A DNA stretch of 64,000 nt from an uncultured virus (IMG/VR IMGVR_UViG_3300006137_000088) (taxonomy: Duplodnaviria > Heunggongvirae > Uroviricota > Caudoviricetes). The notes below the pieces were generated by a model, which saw nothing but the letters and a program-made list of their open reading frames with translations, ran no database searches and was not told the origin of the DNA. Both the position numbers and the translations under genes were made by a program. This document shows, in pieces, positions 1 to 8,486 of the stretch (the stretch's first letter is position 1; each line of letters starts with the position of its first letter). The stretch lies in IMG/VR virus record IMGVR_UViG_3300006137_000088; one strand, written 5' to 3'.

Positions 1-179
1 GCCGTAGGCATCGCATCAGCCAGTTTGTGGAGGCTGACAGTCTGCACCACACAGAGTGCATGGAGCAGCAACGCCATGAGTTTTATGCGTGCCAAATTCA
101 TACTTTGACCAAAGTGCTCTTGCATAATCGGGAGGATTTGGTTAACTTTGACCGAGTCCTTGAAATTAGTAGTTTTCAT
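1..179 (-). CDS. IS4-family transposase, N-terminal part (runs off window)
   Basis: Manual translation from ATG 179: MKTTNFKDSVKVNQILPIMQEHFGQSMNLARIKLMALLLHALCVVQTVSLHKLADAM; the MNLARIK...ALC.VQTV...KLA pattern is recalled from Bacteroidetes IS4-type transposases; not in the ORF track. Confidence 0.7.
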   Translation of the reverse strand, partial: MKTTNFKDSVKVNQILPIMQEHFGQSMNLARIKLMALLLHALCVVQTVSLHKLADAMPT

Positions 180-295
180 GAGAAAAAGCGTCCAAACTTT
201 TCCTTTAAATTACTAATTTTCAGGGACTTTTGCAAATTTAATCGACTGAAAATTAAGTGTCTAACAGCATAAATTTAATTTTTGTCATCTACTAA
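1..295 (-). mobile_element. End of an IS4-like insertion sequence
   Basis: Transposase start, TAAATTTG promoter (233-240, minus) and putative terminal IR TTTTTGTCATCTACT (279-293); the adjacent gene stops abruptly at this junction. Confidence 0.55.
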
Positions 296-485
296 AATCC
301 AAACCATAAGTTTGTTTATTGATTTGCAATTCGCGTATATCGGACTCCCATAACCGACTATTATGTTTTTTAGAGTGTTCGACAGCTAATTCGACAGCTT
401 TTTCAAATGATGTGCATACTGCCAACAATTCTAAACTGGAATTACTTAACCAAGCATCTCCAATATAAAGTAAGTGAAGTTTCAT
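285..485 (-). pseudogene. Small hypothetical gene probably 3'-truncated by the IS
   Basis: Likely start MKLHLLYIGDAW at 485; its stop lies inside the putative IS terminus. Confidence 0.4.
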
Positions 486-551
486 TGGATGAAATGTTTT
501 TAATCGTGTCAACACAATCTCTTATGCTGACACGATTAAGTGAGGAGAATC

Positions 552-1595
552 TTATTTTCGCCATTCAGCTCGCATGGCCTCAATATTGATACCATTGACG
601 ACCAGAAAATCCTTCAGGATACCGAAGAGCTTATATCCCTCTAAATCTTTTTGAGATGCAAGCTCATAAAGATATTCCCGTGACATTTTTTGACTCATCT
701 TTGGAAATCCACAATCGTGGAAGAGAATGAGGTTCTTCAGAGTGAAGAAGGCGCCGGCACCTTTATAGGCATCTTTGAAAGCTCTGGACTGTTCCATATC
801 AAAGAACAGACAAGTTTCTTTGACTGCCTTATAGAAATTGGTTGTTGCACGATATAGTGCGGCCGGTTGACGGGTATTCCTGATTGAGCGGAGCAGCTTT
901 TCAAGAGGCTCATACACCTTAGTCGGCAGGTCTTTAATGAAGATATTGGTGCCATCCAAGCGAACATAAGGAACACCCTTGCACGATCTGATACGGAGCT
1001 TTGTCACAATGTTTCTGACCAACTTAATGTAGTCGGTGGCCATCTGAACGACAACGCCACGATTGAACCAGCGATTGCGCTCTGCGAAGTTTTCCGGGTC
1101 AGTGACATTGAGCCTTGCCTGAACACGCAGTTCTTCAACAACCATTTCCCACTGATACTTGTAACCCTTGCGACGGAGGGCGGCAGTGAAGCCGATGGGC
1201 TGGCCGGTCTTGTAATCGGTTTCGGTCATCATGTGAAAGACCTGAGCCATAACCCAGCGACGGAAGAGGCGGCGGTCAGGAATCGTTTTGCTGGCACGAA
1301 TTGCAGCGAAGATAGGATCGTCATCGGGAACTACAGCAAATTGACCGTCAGTGAGGCGACCGACTTCGTAGCTGCCGTCAGTGCCACGAATAGAGAAGAG
1401 GTTGGCCACGTTGACTCCGGCATTACGGAGAGCTTCGATTTTGGCCTCAGCTTCATTGAGCTTGTTGGCCGGAACGGGGATTTCTACGGCGATTGATGTT
1501 GGTACGCAGTGAACTGGCATTACAACATTCACTTCAGCTGCTTCTACTTCGAGATTGGCGCCACACTTGGGGCATTTTACGCTTACTTTCTTCAT
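552..1595 (-). CDS. Hypothetical protein with N-terminal Zn-ribbon-like CPKC; candidate partner of the RT-array locus
   Basis: Long ORF; likely start MKKVSVKCPKCG at 1595; co-oriented with RT and array. Confidence 0.75.
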   Translation of the reverse strand: MKKVSVKCPKCGANLEVEAAEVNVVMPVHCVPTSIAVEIPVPANKLNEAEAKIEALRNAGVNVANLFSIRGTDGSYEVGRLTDGQFAVVPDDDPIFAAIRASKTIPDRRLFRRWVMAQVFHMMTETDYKTGQPIGFTAALRRKGYKYQWEMVVEELRVQARLNVTDPENFAERNRWFNRGVVVQMATDYIKLVRNIVTKLRIRSCKGVPYVRLDGTNIFIKDLPTKVYEPLEKLLRSIRNTRQPAALYRATTNFYKAVKETCLFFDMEQSRAFKDAYKGAGAFFTLKNLILFHDCGFPKMSQKMSREYLYELASQKDLEGYKLFGILKDFLVVNGINIEAMRAEWRK

Positions 1596-1614
1596 ATTGG
1601 TTTTTATTTTGATG

Positions 1615-2076
1615 TTATTTGTTTTCTGATTTGGGTTCAATCCATTCTTTCAGGATGATGAGTTCTTTTACGGTAGGACTTTGCCAGAACCATTTATCCT
1701 TAGCAAATTCATACCATTTGAGAGAGCCGTTAAATATCATTATCAGGATATGGAGTTCCAACTTGATTTGAGCAACTTCTCGTGGTTCGCCATAGAGCAT
1801 ATCCTCATCTGAAAGCTGATGCTCAGACAGAGCATTGAAGTATTTTTTACGCTTATGATCACTTCGTTCAGATGGTAGGCTATGCTGATAGCGAATGAAC
1901 AGCTGAGTAATAATAGTGAGCGGATCGTCAAATACCGGAAGCCCTAACTCACCCTCATACTCACCTTGTTTGATGACATATTTACCATCAATTTTGAGCG
2001 TGCGTTTCTGAAAGTCTATATGGAATTTTGACCCACACTTGACTTTATTAACACATTCATTATAAATGTTTTCCAT
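1615..2076 (-). CDS. Hypothetical protein immediately downstream of the hairpin array
   Basis: 153-aa ORF with AT-rich leader, co-oriented with RT. Confidence 0.75.
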   Translation of the reverse strand: MENIYNECVNKVKCGSKFHIDFQKRTLKIDGKYVIKQGEYEGELGLPVFDDPLTIITQLFIRYQHSLPSERSDHKRKKYFNALSEHQLSDEDMLYGEPREVAQIKLELHILIMIFNGSLKWYEFAKDKWFWQSPTVKELIILKEWIEPKSENK

Positions 2077-2114
2077 TTCTATTTGAATTAAAAAATTATA
2101 ATCTCACTGACTTG

Positions 2115-2890
2115 GCACATTACTTTATCGTATTGATTAAAGAGCTGGTGACAAGGTTCCGAATCGAACAAGCCAGGTGGCTAACCTGGCTGTCGATTCG
2201 AGTCCCTTGGTTAAACCAGCTCTATTGAACTTGCCAGTCTTGATTAAATCCTCTGTGCTGAGGTTTATCAGTTCTCAAAGCATTGATGCGTAACTCTATT
2301 CGGTTGATGGAATCCAGATAAGGACTCAGGTAGAACCGGCTGAAACATCCCAGGCAAGGATGTGAAAGCCGGTGGAACCTGAGTCCTATTCAGGTCTGGA
2401 TGACTAAACAGTTGCTTTCTTGAACTGAGGTGCCGCATTACATTGGCTACTGAAGATGATTTGGTATATCGCTTTAAGAGGTTGATGTTTGGGCTTTACG
2501 GCTGCTGATGGAGGGTTGATAGAGCCTCCTAACAGCAGCTTAATGAAGCCAAAACTAAAATTATCATCTCTCAGATTGCTGCCATATACTTGGCTTGATG
2601 TATCTGTCATGTCACTGATATGTTTCTTTACTATCTTGATATTCTTCAGAAGTTACAGATGGACCAGGATGAGTCATCTACGATAGGAGATGAATCTACT
2701 GGTCCATCTGCTATTAATTCTGAATAATTGAATGATTGACCCTTCAGATAAGACCGCATATTCGGTAATTGGTAGTCAGACAATATCGTGTGTGGCTATA
2801 AGGATTTGATGTCAGAAGGATCTGAGACTGTTGGCCAAAGGCGATAGCATGGCCCACAGTTCGATGATCCTTCTCTGAAAGGATTGCCGT
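2115..2890 (-). ncRNA. Array of five ~170-nt structured units (putative RT template ncRNAs)
   Basis: CTHTA-N5-TTGAT at 2123, 2294, 2472, 2626, 2796, each preceded by RYRYRT-NN and followed on + by a long imperfect hairpin (about 2141-2223, 2312-2401, 2487-2555, 2645-2724, 2812-2878); strand inferred from the flanking genes. Confidence 0.75.
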
Positions 2891-2923
2891 TCTACCATTC
2901 ATTGCACACTCAATCTATATCGG

Positions 2924-4198
2924 TTATCCGTACTGATGAAGAGAGGAAACCAGCGTTCTGTAAACATCCTTACTGGTCAAGAGTGCATTTTGCATACACC
3001 CTATCGTAAAAAAGCCGGAGAACATCTTGTCTGTCTTTATACGGTTAGCTTTCACATTCCGTCCTATGCCTCGCTGTATGCAGCCATCGGATTGATTGGC
3101 AATATATCCCAGTCCTCCGATTTTAGTCTTGCCAGTCACGACAGCCCTCAAACAATCCATCACAAAGAGTGTGAGAGTTTGAATGTCTTTCTTCACGTTG
3201 ATGACCGGCAACACCTGAGTGGCCCAGCTATACTCACCATTTCCGCAATAGAGATAATGATTTATATCATTCGTGGCTTTGATGAGGCTTTTCTTTTTGG
3301 CTTTGATAGTGCGGGATTCAATCTCTTTCTGGAAGGCTTTTATTCGGGTTGAGCTGAGAGAAATGGAGGCTCCTTTGATTGAAAACCCAAGGAATTTGAA
3401 CCACCGAGTATGAGTAAGAAACTCTATCTTTTTGGGATTGAGTTTCATTTCTCGCTTCGTGACCTCTTCAGTCATTATCTCCATTGCTTTCATATAGTCC
3501 GGCCCGACAAATAAGGCATCATCAGAATATCGGACATACTCGCCATTCAGTTGGCTCAGTCTTTCATCCAGGGTAAACATTACTACATTTGCCAACCAAG
3601 AAGCGACCGAACAGCCTTGTTTGAGTGACTGATAGGCTTTCTGGAGTTTGCCGTCAGTATCAAAATACCAGTCCGAATGATAATACTTTCGGAGAACATC
3701 TATGATAGCGGAATGGCCGTGTTTTGCCTCGACTTTATCAAAGGCTTCGTCAATAAATCTGATAGGTACAGAATCGAAATACTTACTGAAATCAGACTTC
3801 CACCCAATCACTTCGCCCTTGGTTTGGCAAATTCTCTTGGAGATCTCTTTCACAATCTTGCCACAACCGATACCTTTCTGATAAGATTGACAAGTGGGAT
3901 GAATCATCTCAGGCATCAGCTCAAATAAAAGGTCATTAGCGATACTGAGAAATATGCGGTCAATCGGCTCATTGACATAGACTGTCCGGAACTCTCCGTT
4001 ATCCTTGGGGATAAGAGCCGTGTGGGGCGGTGCTATCTCATATCGGCCGTCTCGTATAGCAGCGTACATAGCAGCTCTGGTATCAGGTTTTGTAAGCTGA
4101 TAGAGATGAGCCTTATTGATGTGCTTCCCGACACCTTTTTCAATGGCATATCGCCATCTCTCAGTATCGAAAAACATTTCTAATATCTTATCATTCAT
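2924..4198 (-). CDS. Reverse transcriptase (not a canonical DGR or retron type), array-associated
   Basis: RT motifs FRTVYVNEPIDR, SDFSKYFDSV, LKQGCSVASWLAN, catalytic YVRYSDD, FKFLGF. Confidence 0.92.
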   Translation of the reverse strand: MNDKILEMFFDTERWRYAIEKGVGKHINKAHLYQLTKPDTRAAMYAAIRDGRYEIAPPHTALIPKDNGEFRTVYVNEPIDRIFLSIANDLLFELMPEMIHPTCQSYQKGIGCGKIVKEISKRICQTKGEVIGWKSDFSKYFDSVPIRFIDEAFDKVEAKHGHSAIIDVLRKYYHSDWYFDTDGKLQKAYQSLKQGCSVASWLANVVMFTLDERLSQLNGEYVRYSDDALFVGPDYMKAMEIMTEEVTKREMKLNPKKIEFLTHTRWFKFLGFSIKGASISLSSTRIKAFQKEIESRTIKAKKKSLIKATNDINHYLYCGNGEYSWATQVLPVINVKKDIQTLTLFVMDCLRAVVTGKTKIGGLGYIANQSDGCIQRGIGRNVKANRIKTDKMFSGFFTIGCMQNALLTSKDVYRTLVSSLHQYG

Positions 4199-4445
4199 GG
4201 ACTGGTTCTTTACTTATTGTGACATTGTAAGACTCGCTATAATATTCATCTATTGTAGCGGAAAAACGGTCATCTTCATCTGCTTCAATGGTATCTTCAG
4301 ACCATCCGGGCTTTTTAAGAATGTCCTTACGTTCTTGCTTTAAGGCGCGTCTGGCACCTTCAAGTGTTGCCCACAGAGTGAAAGAAGTATAGTTGTCTGA
4401 AGGTCGAACACCCTCATATTCAACTGTTACACAGAATACTTCCAT
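4191..4445 (-). CDS. Small acidic hypothetical protein
   Basis: 84 aa; overlaps RT start by 8 nt (possible translational coupling). Confidence 0.7.
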   Translation of the reverse strand: MEVFCVTVEYEGVRPSDNYTSFTLWATLEGARRALKQERKDILKKPGWSEDTIEADEDDRFSATIDEYYSESYNVTISKEPVHE

Positions 4446-4447
4446 AG

Positions 4448-4765
4448 CTATGAGAATAAAGGCTTTTCGCCGTTATAGTTTTGGATAATCCATTCCAGCA
4501 AGAGCTTGCGATTCTTATCGTCAAGGTCTGCATAGAACTTGACCATATAGGTGTCAGGATCCTGAGTTCTGGTAGCGTGTTGCCACTTTCCCAGCATGTG
4601 ACTGATATGACAAGTCCATTTCACTTCTTTGAGAAATTCCGGCACATTTACCGTATCTGCACCACCACCGGGAAAGGTGACAGTCATTGGAACTACCTTG
4701 TAATTCCAGCCATGAAACAGCCATTTATTGATGGCTATCATAGCGATTTTAAGATTTTCAGTCAT
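4448..4765 (-). CDS. Hypothetical protein
   Basis: 105-aa ORF tightly packed in the operon. Confidence 0.7.
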   Translation of the reverse strand: MTENLKIAMIAINKWLFHGWNYKVVPMTVTFPGGGADTVNVPEFLKEVKWTCHISHMLGKWQHATRTQDPDTYMVKFYADLDDKNRKLLLEWIIQNYNGEKPLFS

Positions 4766-4770
4766 AGCTG

Positions 4771-6066
4771 TTATGCGATTTTTGATATAATTTTTGAAGT
4801 ATTAGACTTAATCAATGATACTATTCTGTCAAAGTGTTCTGGAACCTGGTTGTATTTGCCACGGCATTGGAGGACCGAGAAGTCCTCTAAAGAAAATTCT
4901 ATAGTTGCGATTGACACACCATTAACCAGGGCATGAAAAATAAGCACATTGTCGTCAGAATAATACCTATTAGTGAAGACACAGTGGTGCCTATATTCAC
5001 CCTCTTCTACAAATTCTTTTACCGACTGAAGAGGTTTGACCACAATTTCCTTATCGACAAATTCCAGATCTAAAAATATTGATTTGGCTTTCTTATATCG
5101 AGCTTCATCAACTTTGTGATTAACCTCATAGCGTTGTAAAGGTGTCATTTGTCTCTCGCGCTCTCTTCGTCTATCTGCTTCATCCATCTTAGCTCGCTTT
5201 TTAGCAATCCATAAATCATGAGCCTCTTTAAGATTGTCAGGACAGATGAATTTTGGATTTCTCAAATCTTTCCCACAGTATTCAAGAGCGTCGAGCATAT
5301 CATACCAAGTTGAAGCATCGGTAATCTTATAATTGTGCCGGAAAGCGACCTTAGCGGAGGGCCAATATTTCTCAAACTCATACTTTTTAGCCAATGAGAA
5401 AGCTACCATTTTGTATTGCCTTAATTTCCATGCCGTCTCAGTTTTATTGCAAGTGAGTAAGCGTTGGAACAAAGTATATGGGGAACAGTTATGAAAATCA
5501 CCGTTATATCCGTTTCTTCGGATTTCTGGAATCACTGAAGATTGCCCGATAACTTTGTAAGGCGTGACATAGTGGCCGTAGTTTTCTGTTCGGATTTCCA
5601 TTTCGCTGTCATAGTTCCATATATCGCAATAACTGCACATCCAATGTCGAGCACGACCAACTATCACTTCTTTGGCATCTGGAGTAAGCCAGCGTTGAAA
5701 AGCCTCACTAATCCAGTATGTAGCCTTCTCGCCTCTTCTCAGATTTGTCTGCATAAAGAACATTCTAACAACCTGACAACCTCCACGCTTGGTTACGATT
5801 GCGAAATAAGCTCTATCACAAAAATTCCACTTGCGAGTTTTGTCAACATCCAGCTTTGCGGAGCAGTGAGGACATACAACCTTAGTAGCCTCATCACCTT
5901 TCCAAGAGTGACCACAATCCAGACACACATATTCTTTCTTAGAATTGTACTTGGCAATATGCGGAGCCACTTTCCTGACAGCTTCCTTATATTGATGTTC
6001 GTTCAAAGGAGAGAGTGTTTTGGATAACTCCAAAATTTTTCTTTGAAATTTGTTTCTGGGTTTCAT
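4771..6066 (-). CDS. PcfJ-like domain protein
   Basis: MKPRNKFQ start, CLDCGH...CPHC Zn motifs, YLD/DML..CP.NL..AHD-type segment and C-terminal EG..HHCV...ATIE...QCRG. Confidence 0.8.
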   Translation of the reverse strand: MKPRNKFQRKILELSKTLSPLNEHQYKEAVRKVAPHIAKYNSKKEYVCLDCGHSWKGDEATKVVCPHCSAKLDVDKTRKWNFCDRAYFAIVTKRGGCQVVRMFFMQTNLRRGEKATYWISEAFQRWLTPDAKEVIVGRARHWMCSYCDIWNYDSEMEIRTENYGHYVTPYKVIGQSSVIPEIRRNGYNGDFHNCSPYTLFQRLLTCNKTETAWKLRQYKMVAFSLAKKYEFEKYWPSAKVAFRHNYKITDASTWYDMLDALEYCGKDLRNPKFICPDNLKEAHDLWIAKKRAKMDEADRRRERERQMTPLQRYEVNHKVDEARYKKAKSIFLDLEFVDKEIVVKPLQSVKEFVEEGEYRHHCVFTNRYYSDDNVLIFHALVNGVSIATIEFSLEDFSVLQCRGKYNQVPEHFDRIVSLIKSNTSKIISKIA

Positions 6067-6087
6067 ATTGTGAAAGAGCTGAAAGGA

Positions 6088-6492
6088 TTAGAAAATCGGA
6101 ATATCCAGCGGCTCCGGGATATTGGGGTCAACAGCAGCTTTGGGCTTTCTTGGTTTGCGCTGCTTAGGCTTTTCTTCTGAAGTGATCTGCTCAGGGGAGG
6201 CTGGGGGTTCTGGAGAAGGACTCTGTACGGCTTCCACTTTATTCTTGGGGCCTTCTACTACGATGTCATCTTCATCATAGTAGTGGACTGCCAGTCCAAA
6301 TACCTCATCGTCGGAAACACCGACACAACGCTCACCCTTGGGCTTGTTCTTTTCGACTTGCTGGAAGATGTACTTGCAACACTCTTTGATATTTTTGTTG
6401 GGTTTTGCGTATGTTGTTGCGAACTGAGCATCATCTTCAGCGCGCTTGTCAAGATAGTTCTTGATAGCAGTTTCAAAAGTGGTAAATTCCAT
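6088..6492 (-). CDS. PcfK-like / AcrIIA9-family protein
   Basis: F..AIKNYLDKRA..D..FA..YAKPNKNI.EC..YI and DDEVFGLAVHYYDEDDI match the family as recalled; adjacent to PcfJ. Confidence 0.8.
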   Translation of the reverse strand: MEFTTFETAIKNYLDKRAEDDAQFATTYAKPNKNIKECCKYIFQQVEKNKPKGERCVGVSDDEVFGLAVHYYDEDDIVVEGPKNKVEAVQSPSPEPPASPEQITSEEKPKQRKPRKPKAAVDPNIPEPLDIPIF

Positions 6493-6504
6493 ATTGAAAG
6501 ATTT

Positions 6505-7029
6505 TTAGGAGTTAAAGAAAAAGAATGTATATCTTGTGTTTACATTCTCCTTTGGGGGAGAAGTCAACTGTCTGATTGCGAATTTGAAGGTGTTAGCTTT
6601 GAAAGTATGCTCAAAGCCATTCATAGGTTCGTGATGAGTGTACCGTATTTCAACTTTGGCATCATCAATTACTTTATTGAGGATTACCGGGTTGGTATGC
6701 CATTTGCCTTTATGTTTCCAGCAATATAAGGTTACATCATCAGTCTGGAGGGATTTGAAGTCATCTATTTTGACTAATCCATATTCACTCATAAGCTCAT
6801 CTAACAGACCTAATAAATAGTCTGGTAATGGGTCAGTTGAGTCTTTTTTCTTGCCATTATAAAGAGATTCAAACGTAAGTAGAAATGCCTGTTTTATCTC
6901 TATCGAGTCAATGCACTTACTTAATTTGTACTTACAGAATTTAATGATTTGAGGTTCTATTTCTTTGACGGCCTCATTATTCTTTGCTCGTAATAACTGA
7001 CGAACATGATCAAGATTGGGGCGTTCCAT
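6505..7029 (-). CDS. Hypothetical protein
   Basis: 174-aa ORF in the operon. Confidence 0.7.
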   Translation of the reverse strand: MERPNLDHVRQLLRAKNNEAVKEIEPQIIKFCKYKLSKCIDSIEIKQAFLLTFESLYNGKKKDSTDPLPDYLLGLLDELMSEYGLVKIDDFKSLQTDDVTLYCWKHKGKWHTNPVILNKVIDDAKVEIRYTHHEPMNGFEHTFKANTFKFAIRQLTSPPKENVNTRYTFFFFNS

Positions 7030-7043
7030 AGAAGTAAAAGTTA

Positions 7044-7111
7044 AACCCCTTTATCCCTAACTCGCTACGCTCGTGTCGCTACGCTCCAAGGGTTAAAGGG
7101 ATAAAGGGGTT
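7044..7111. repeat. 15-bp perfect inverted repeat enclosing an 11-bp direct repeat, just 3' of the VR-like gene
   Basis: AACCCCTTTATCCCT (7044-7058) / AGGGATAAAGGGGTT (7097-7111); TCGCTACGCTC at 7062 and 7076. Confidence 0.8.
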
Positions 7112-7116
7112 AAGGG

Positions 7117-7830
7117 TTAATGAAATGCTGCCACGGCACGGACGTAGTAGCTGCTCGTGACCTTAGCGTTCCAGCTGTTGAGGAGGCCGTCGTACAGGTT
7201 CAAGCTCCAAGCGTACGTCGCCGAGTACTCAGTGCTGGTCCAATACCAGCCATCCTTAATGCGGCTACCGCCGCTAAGTTCGATGGCGGCATTGATTGAA
7301 CGCTTGTTGAGATAGATGAGATAGAGTTCAGCAACTGAAGGGATCCACTCGTCATCCTCCAGCTCTATGCCGGTGCCGATAGACTTGATATGCTCAGTGT
7401 TTGACTGGCCGTTCCAATCAGCAACAGCATCATCATATTCAGTGATGTAACCGTCATAACCGCCGGGGTCTTTCTGGTTGGTAAGGGGCTGTTCCGGATA
7501 ATCCTCCAGATTGACTGCGAGAGCATGGCGACCCATCACTACGCCGATACGCTTTACCGTCTTTGTCGGAGCATTGCGCTTCTTGTAGTCGAACTTTTCA
7601 ACTGTGTTATCCTCGTAGATGTAGTACACTCCATCATTCAGAATGGCTTGATGAGAGCCTTCAGTCTGCTGAATGTCGATTTTGATTTGCTCAACCTCCT
7701 TTATCGGAGATTTGATGAAGTCATACACAGCCTGTGCTTCTTCACCGAAGTCACTGAAGAGAGCAAGTTTCAGCTTCTCATCCATCGGAAGAGAAGCGTA
7801 GATGGTTTTTGCGATTTCGTCTGAGATCAT
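7117..7830 (-). CDS. DUF1566/CLec-fold protein, DGR target-like
   Basis: WIPSVAEL...YWTSTEYSATYAW.L....G.....K....YVRAVAAF C-terminus, typical of CLec DGR targets. Confidence 0.8.
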   Translation of the reverse strand: MISDEIAKTIYASLPMDEKLKLALFSDFGEEAQAVYDFIKSPIKEVEQIKIDIQQTEGSHQAILNDGVYYIYEDNTVEKFDYKKRNAPTKTVKRIGVVMGRHALAVNLEDYPEQPLTNQKDPGGYDGYITEYDDAVADWNGQSNTEHIKSIGTGIELEDDEWIPSVAELYLIYLNKRSINAAIELSGGSRIKDGWYWTSTEYSATYAWSLNLYDGLLNSWNAKVTSSYYVRAVAAFH

Positions 7831-7853
7831 ATTTTTATATTTTTGATGATGTG

Positions 7854-8021
7854 TTACTTACCTTTGCTGAGGCAGACGGCCAGCTTGTCAAGGTCGTTGG
7901 TGCCAAAGTGATTTTTCAATTCCTCTAAGACAGAGGGCTTCTGGTTTTTTAGCAACTGCTTGATAGTAGCAGGATTGCCACCTCGATATAATTCAAGGCA
8001 GTTCGTAGCTTGTGGTGTCAT
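7854..8021 (-). CDS. Small hypothetical protein (55 aa)
   Basis: Manual translation MTPQATNCLELYRGGNPATIKQLLKNQ...KGK*; fills the intergenic gap. Confidence 0.5.
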   Translation of the reverse strand: MTPQATNCLELYRGGNPATIKQLLKNQKPSVLEELKNHFGTNDLDKLAVCLSKGK

Positions 8022-8102
8022 ACGTTTTTGGTTGTTATGTTTTTATGGGAATAGTCTCATTGTAGAAGAAAATTAGAATGAGAACGAGATTTTTAAGAGT
8101 TT

Positions 8103-8486
8103 TTAAGGAATAGTCACATCCTGCACCTCATCAGTTTCCGGGATAAGGTCGATGACATATTCCAACTGACCGTGTGCTATGCTGGTCAGTTCCTGCTCAT
8201 CATCTGCCCACCCCTCCTTGGGGAAGCCATAAATGACCAGACAACCAAATTCTTCAATGGCAACGCGAGAGATATAAAAATCCTCATAAGTATCCATCCA
8301 TTTGGTAGAAGCGGCGATGATAGGGGCATTGTTCTTTTCCTCTGAGATTTTCTCGTCATCTCCATCATCTTCATCGGTGTGAATAAACACATATTCATTA
8401 CCGTGAGCCTTAATTGCTGCTTTAAGCTCTTCACGAGTACAATCGTCAAGATGCTTGTATTGATTGTAAAAATCGGTATGTCTCAT
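8103..8486 (-). CDS. Hypothetical acidic protein
   Basis: 127 aa; ATGA overlap with the upstream gene. Confidence 0.7.
   Translation of the reverse strand: MRHTDFYNQYKHLDDCTREELKAAIKAHGNEYVFIHTDEDDGDDEKISEEKNNAPIIAASTKWMDTYEDFYISRVAIEEFGCLVIYGFPKEGWADDEQELTSIAHGQLEYVIDLIPETDEVQDVTIP

Noticed and set aside
2115..2890. CRISPR array, or the short ORFs 2404-2610 and 2489-2686
   Set aside because: No identical direct repeats, period about 170 nt, no cas genes; the ORFs are short, low-quality and cut across the structural units
2904..2930. Sixth array unit next to the RT stop
   Set aside because: Only a partial motif (GCACAC...CTATA) with wrong spacing, no TTGAT and no hairpin
2924..4198. Group II intron, canonical retron, or the DGR RT serving gene 7117-7830
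   Set aside because: No domain V/VI-like 3' structure seen and the RT overlaps its upstream gene; no upstream room for msr-msd and no VTG at region Y; lacks PIG..SQ and has no adjacent TR
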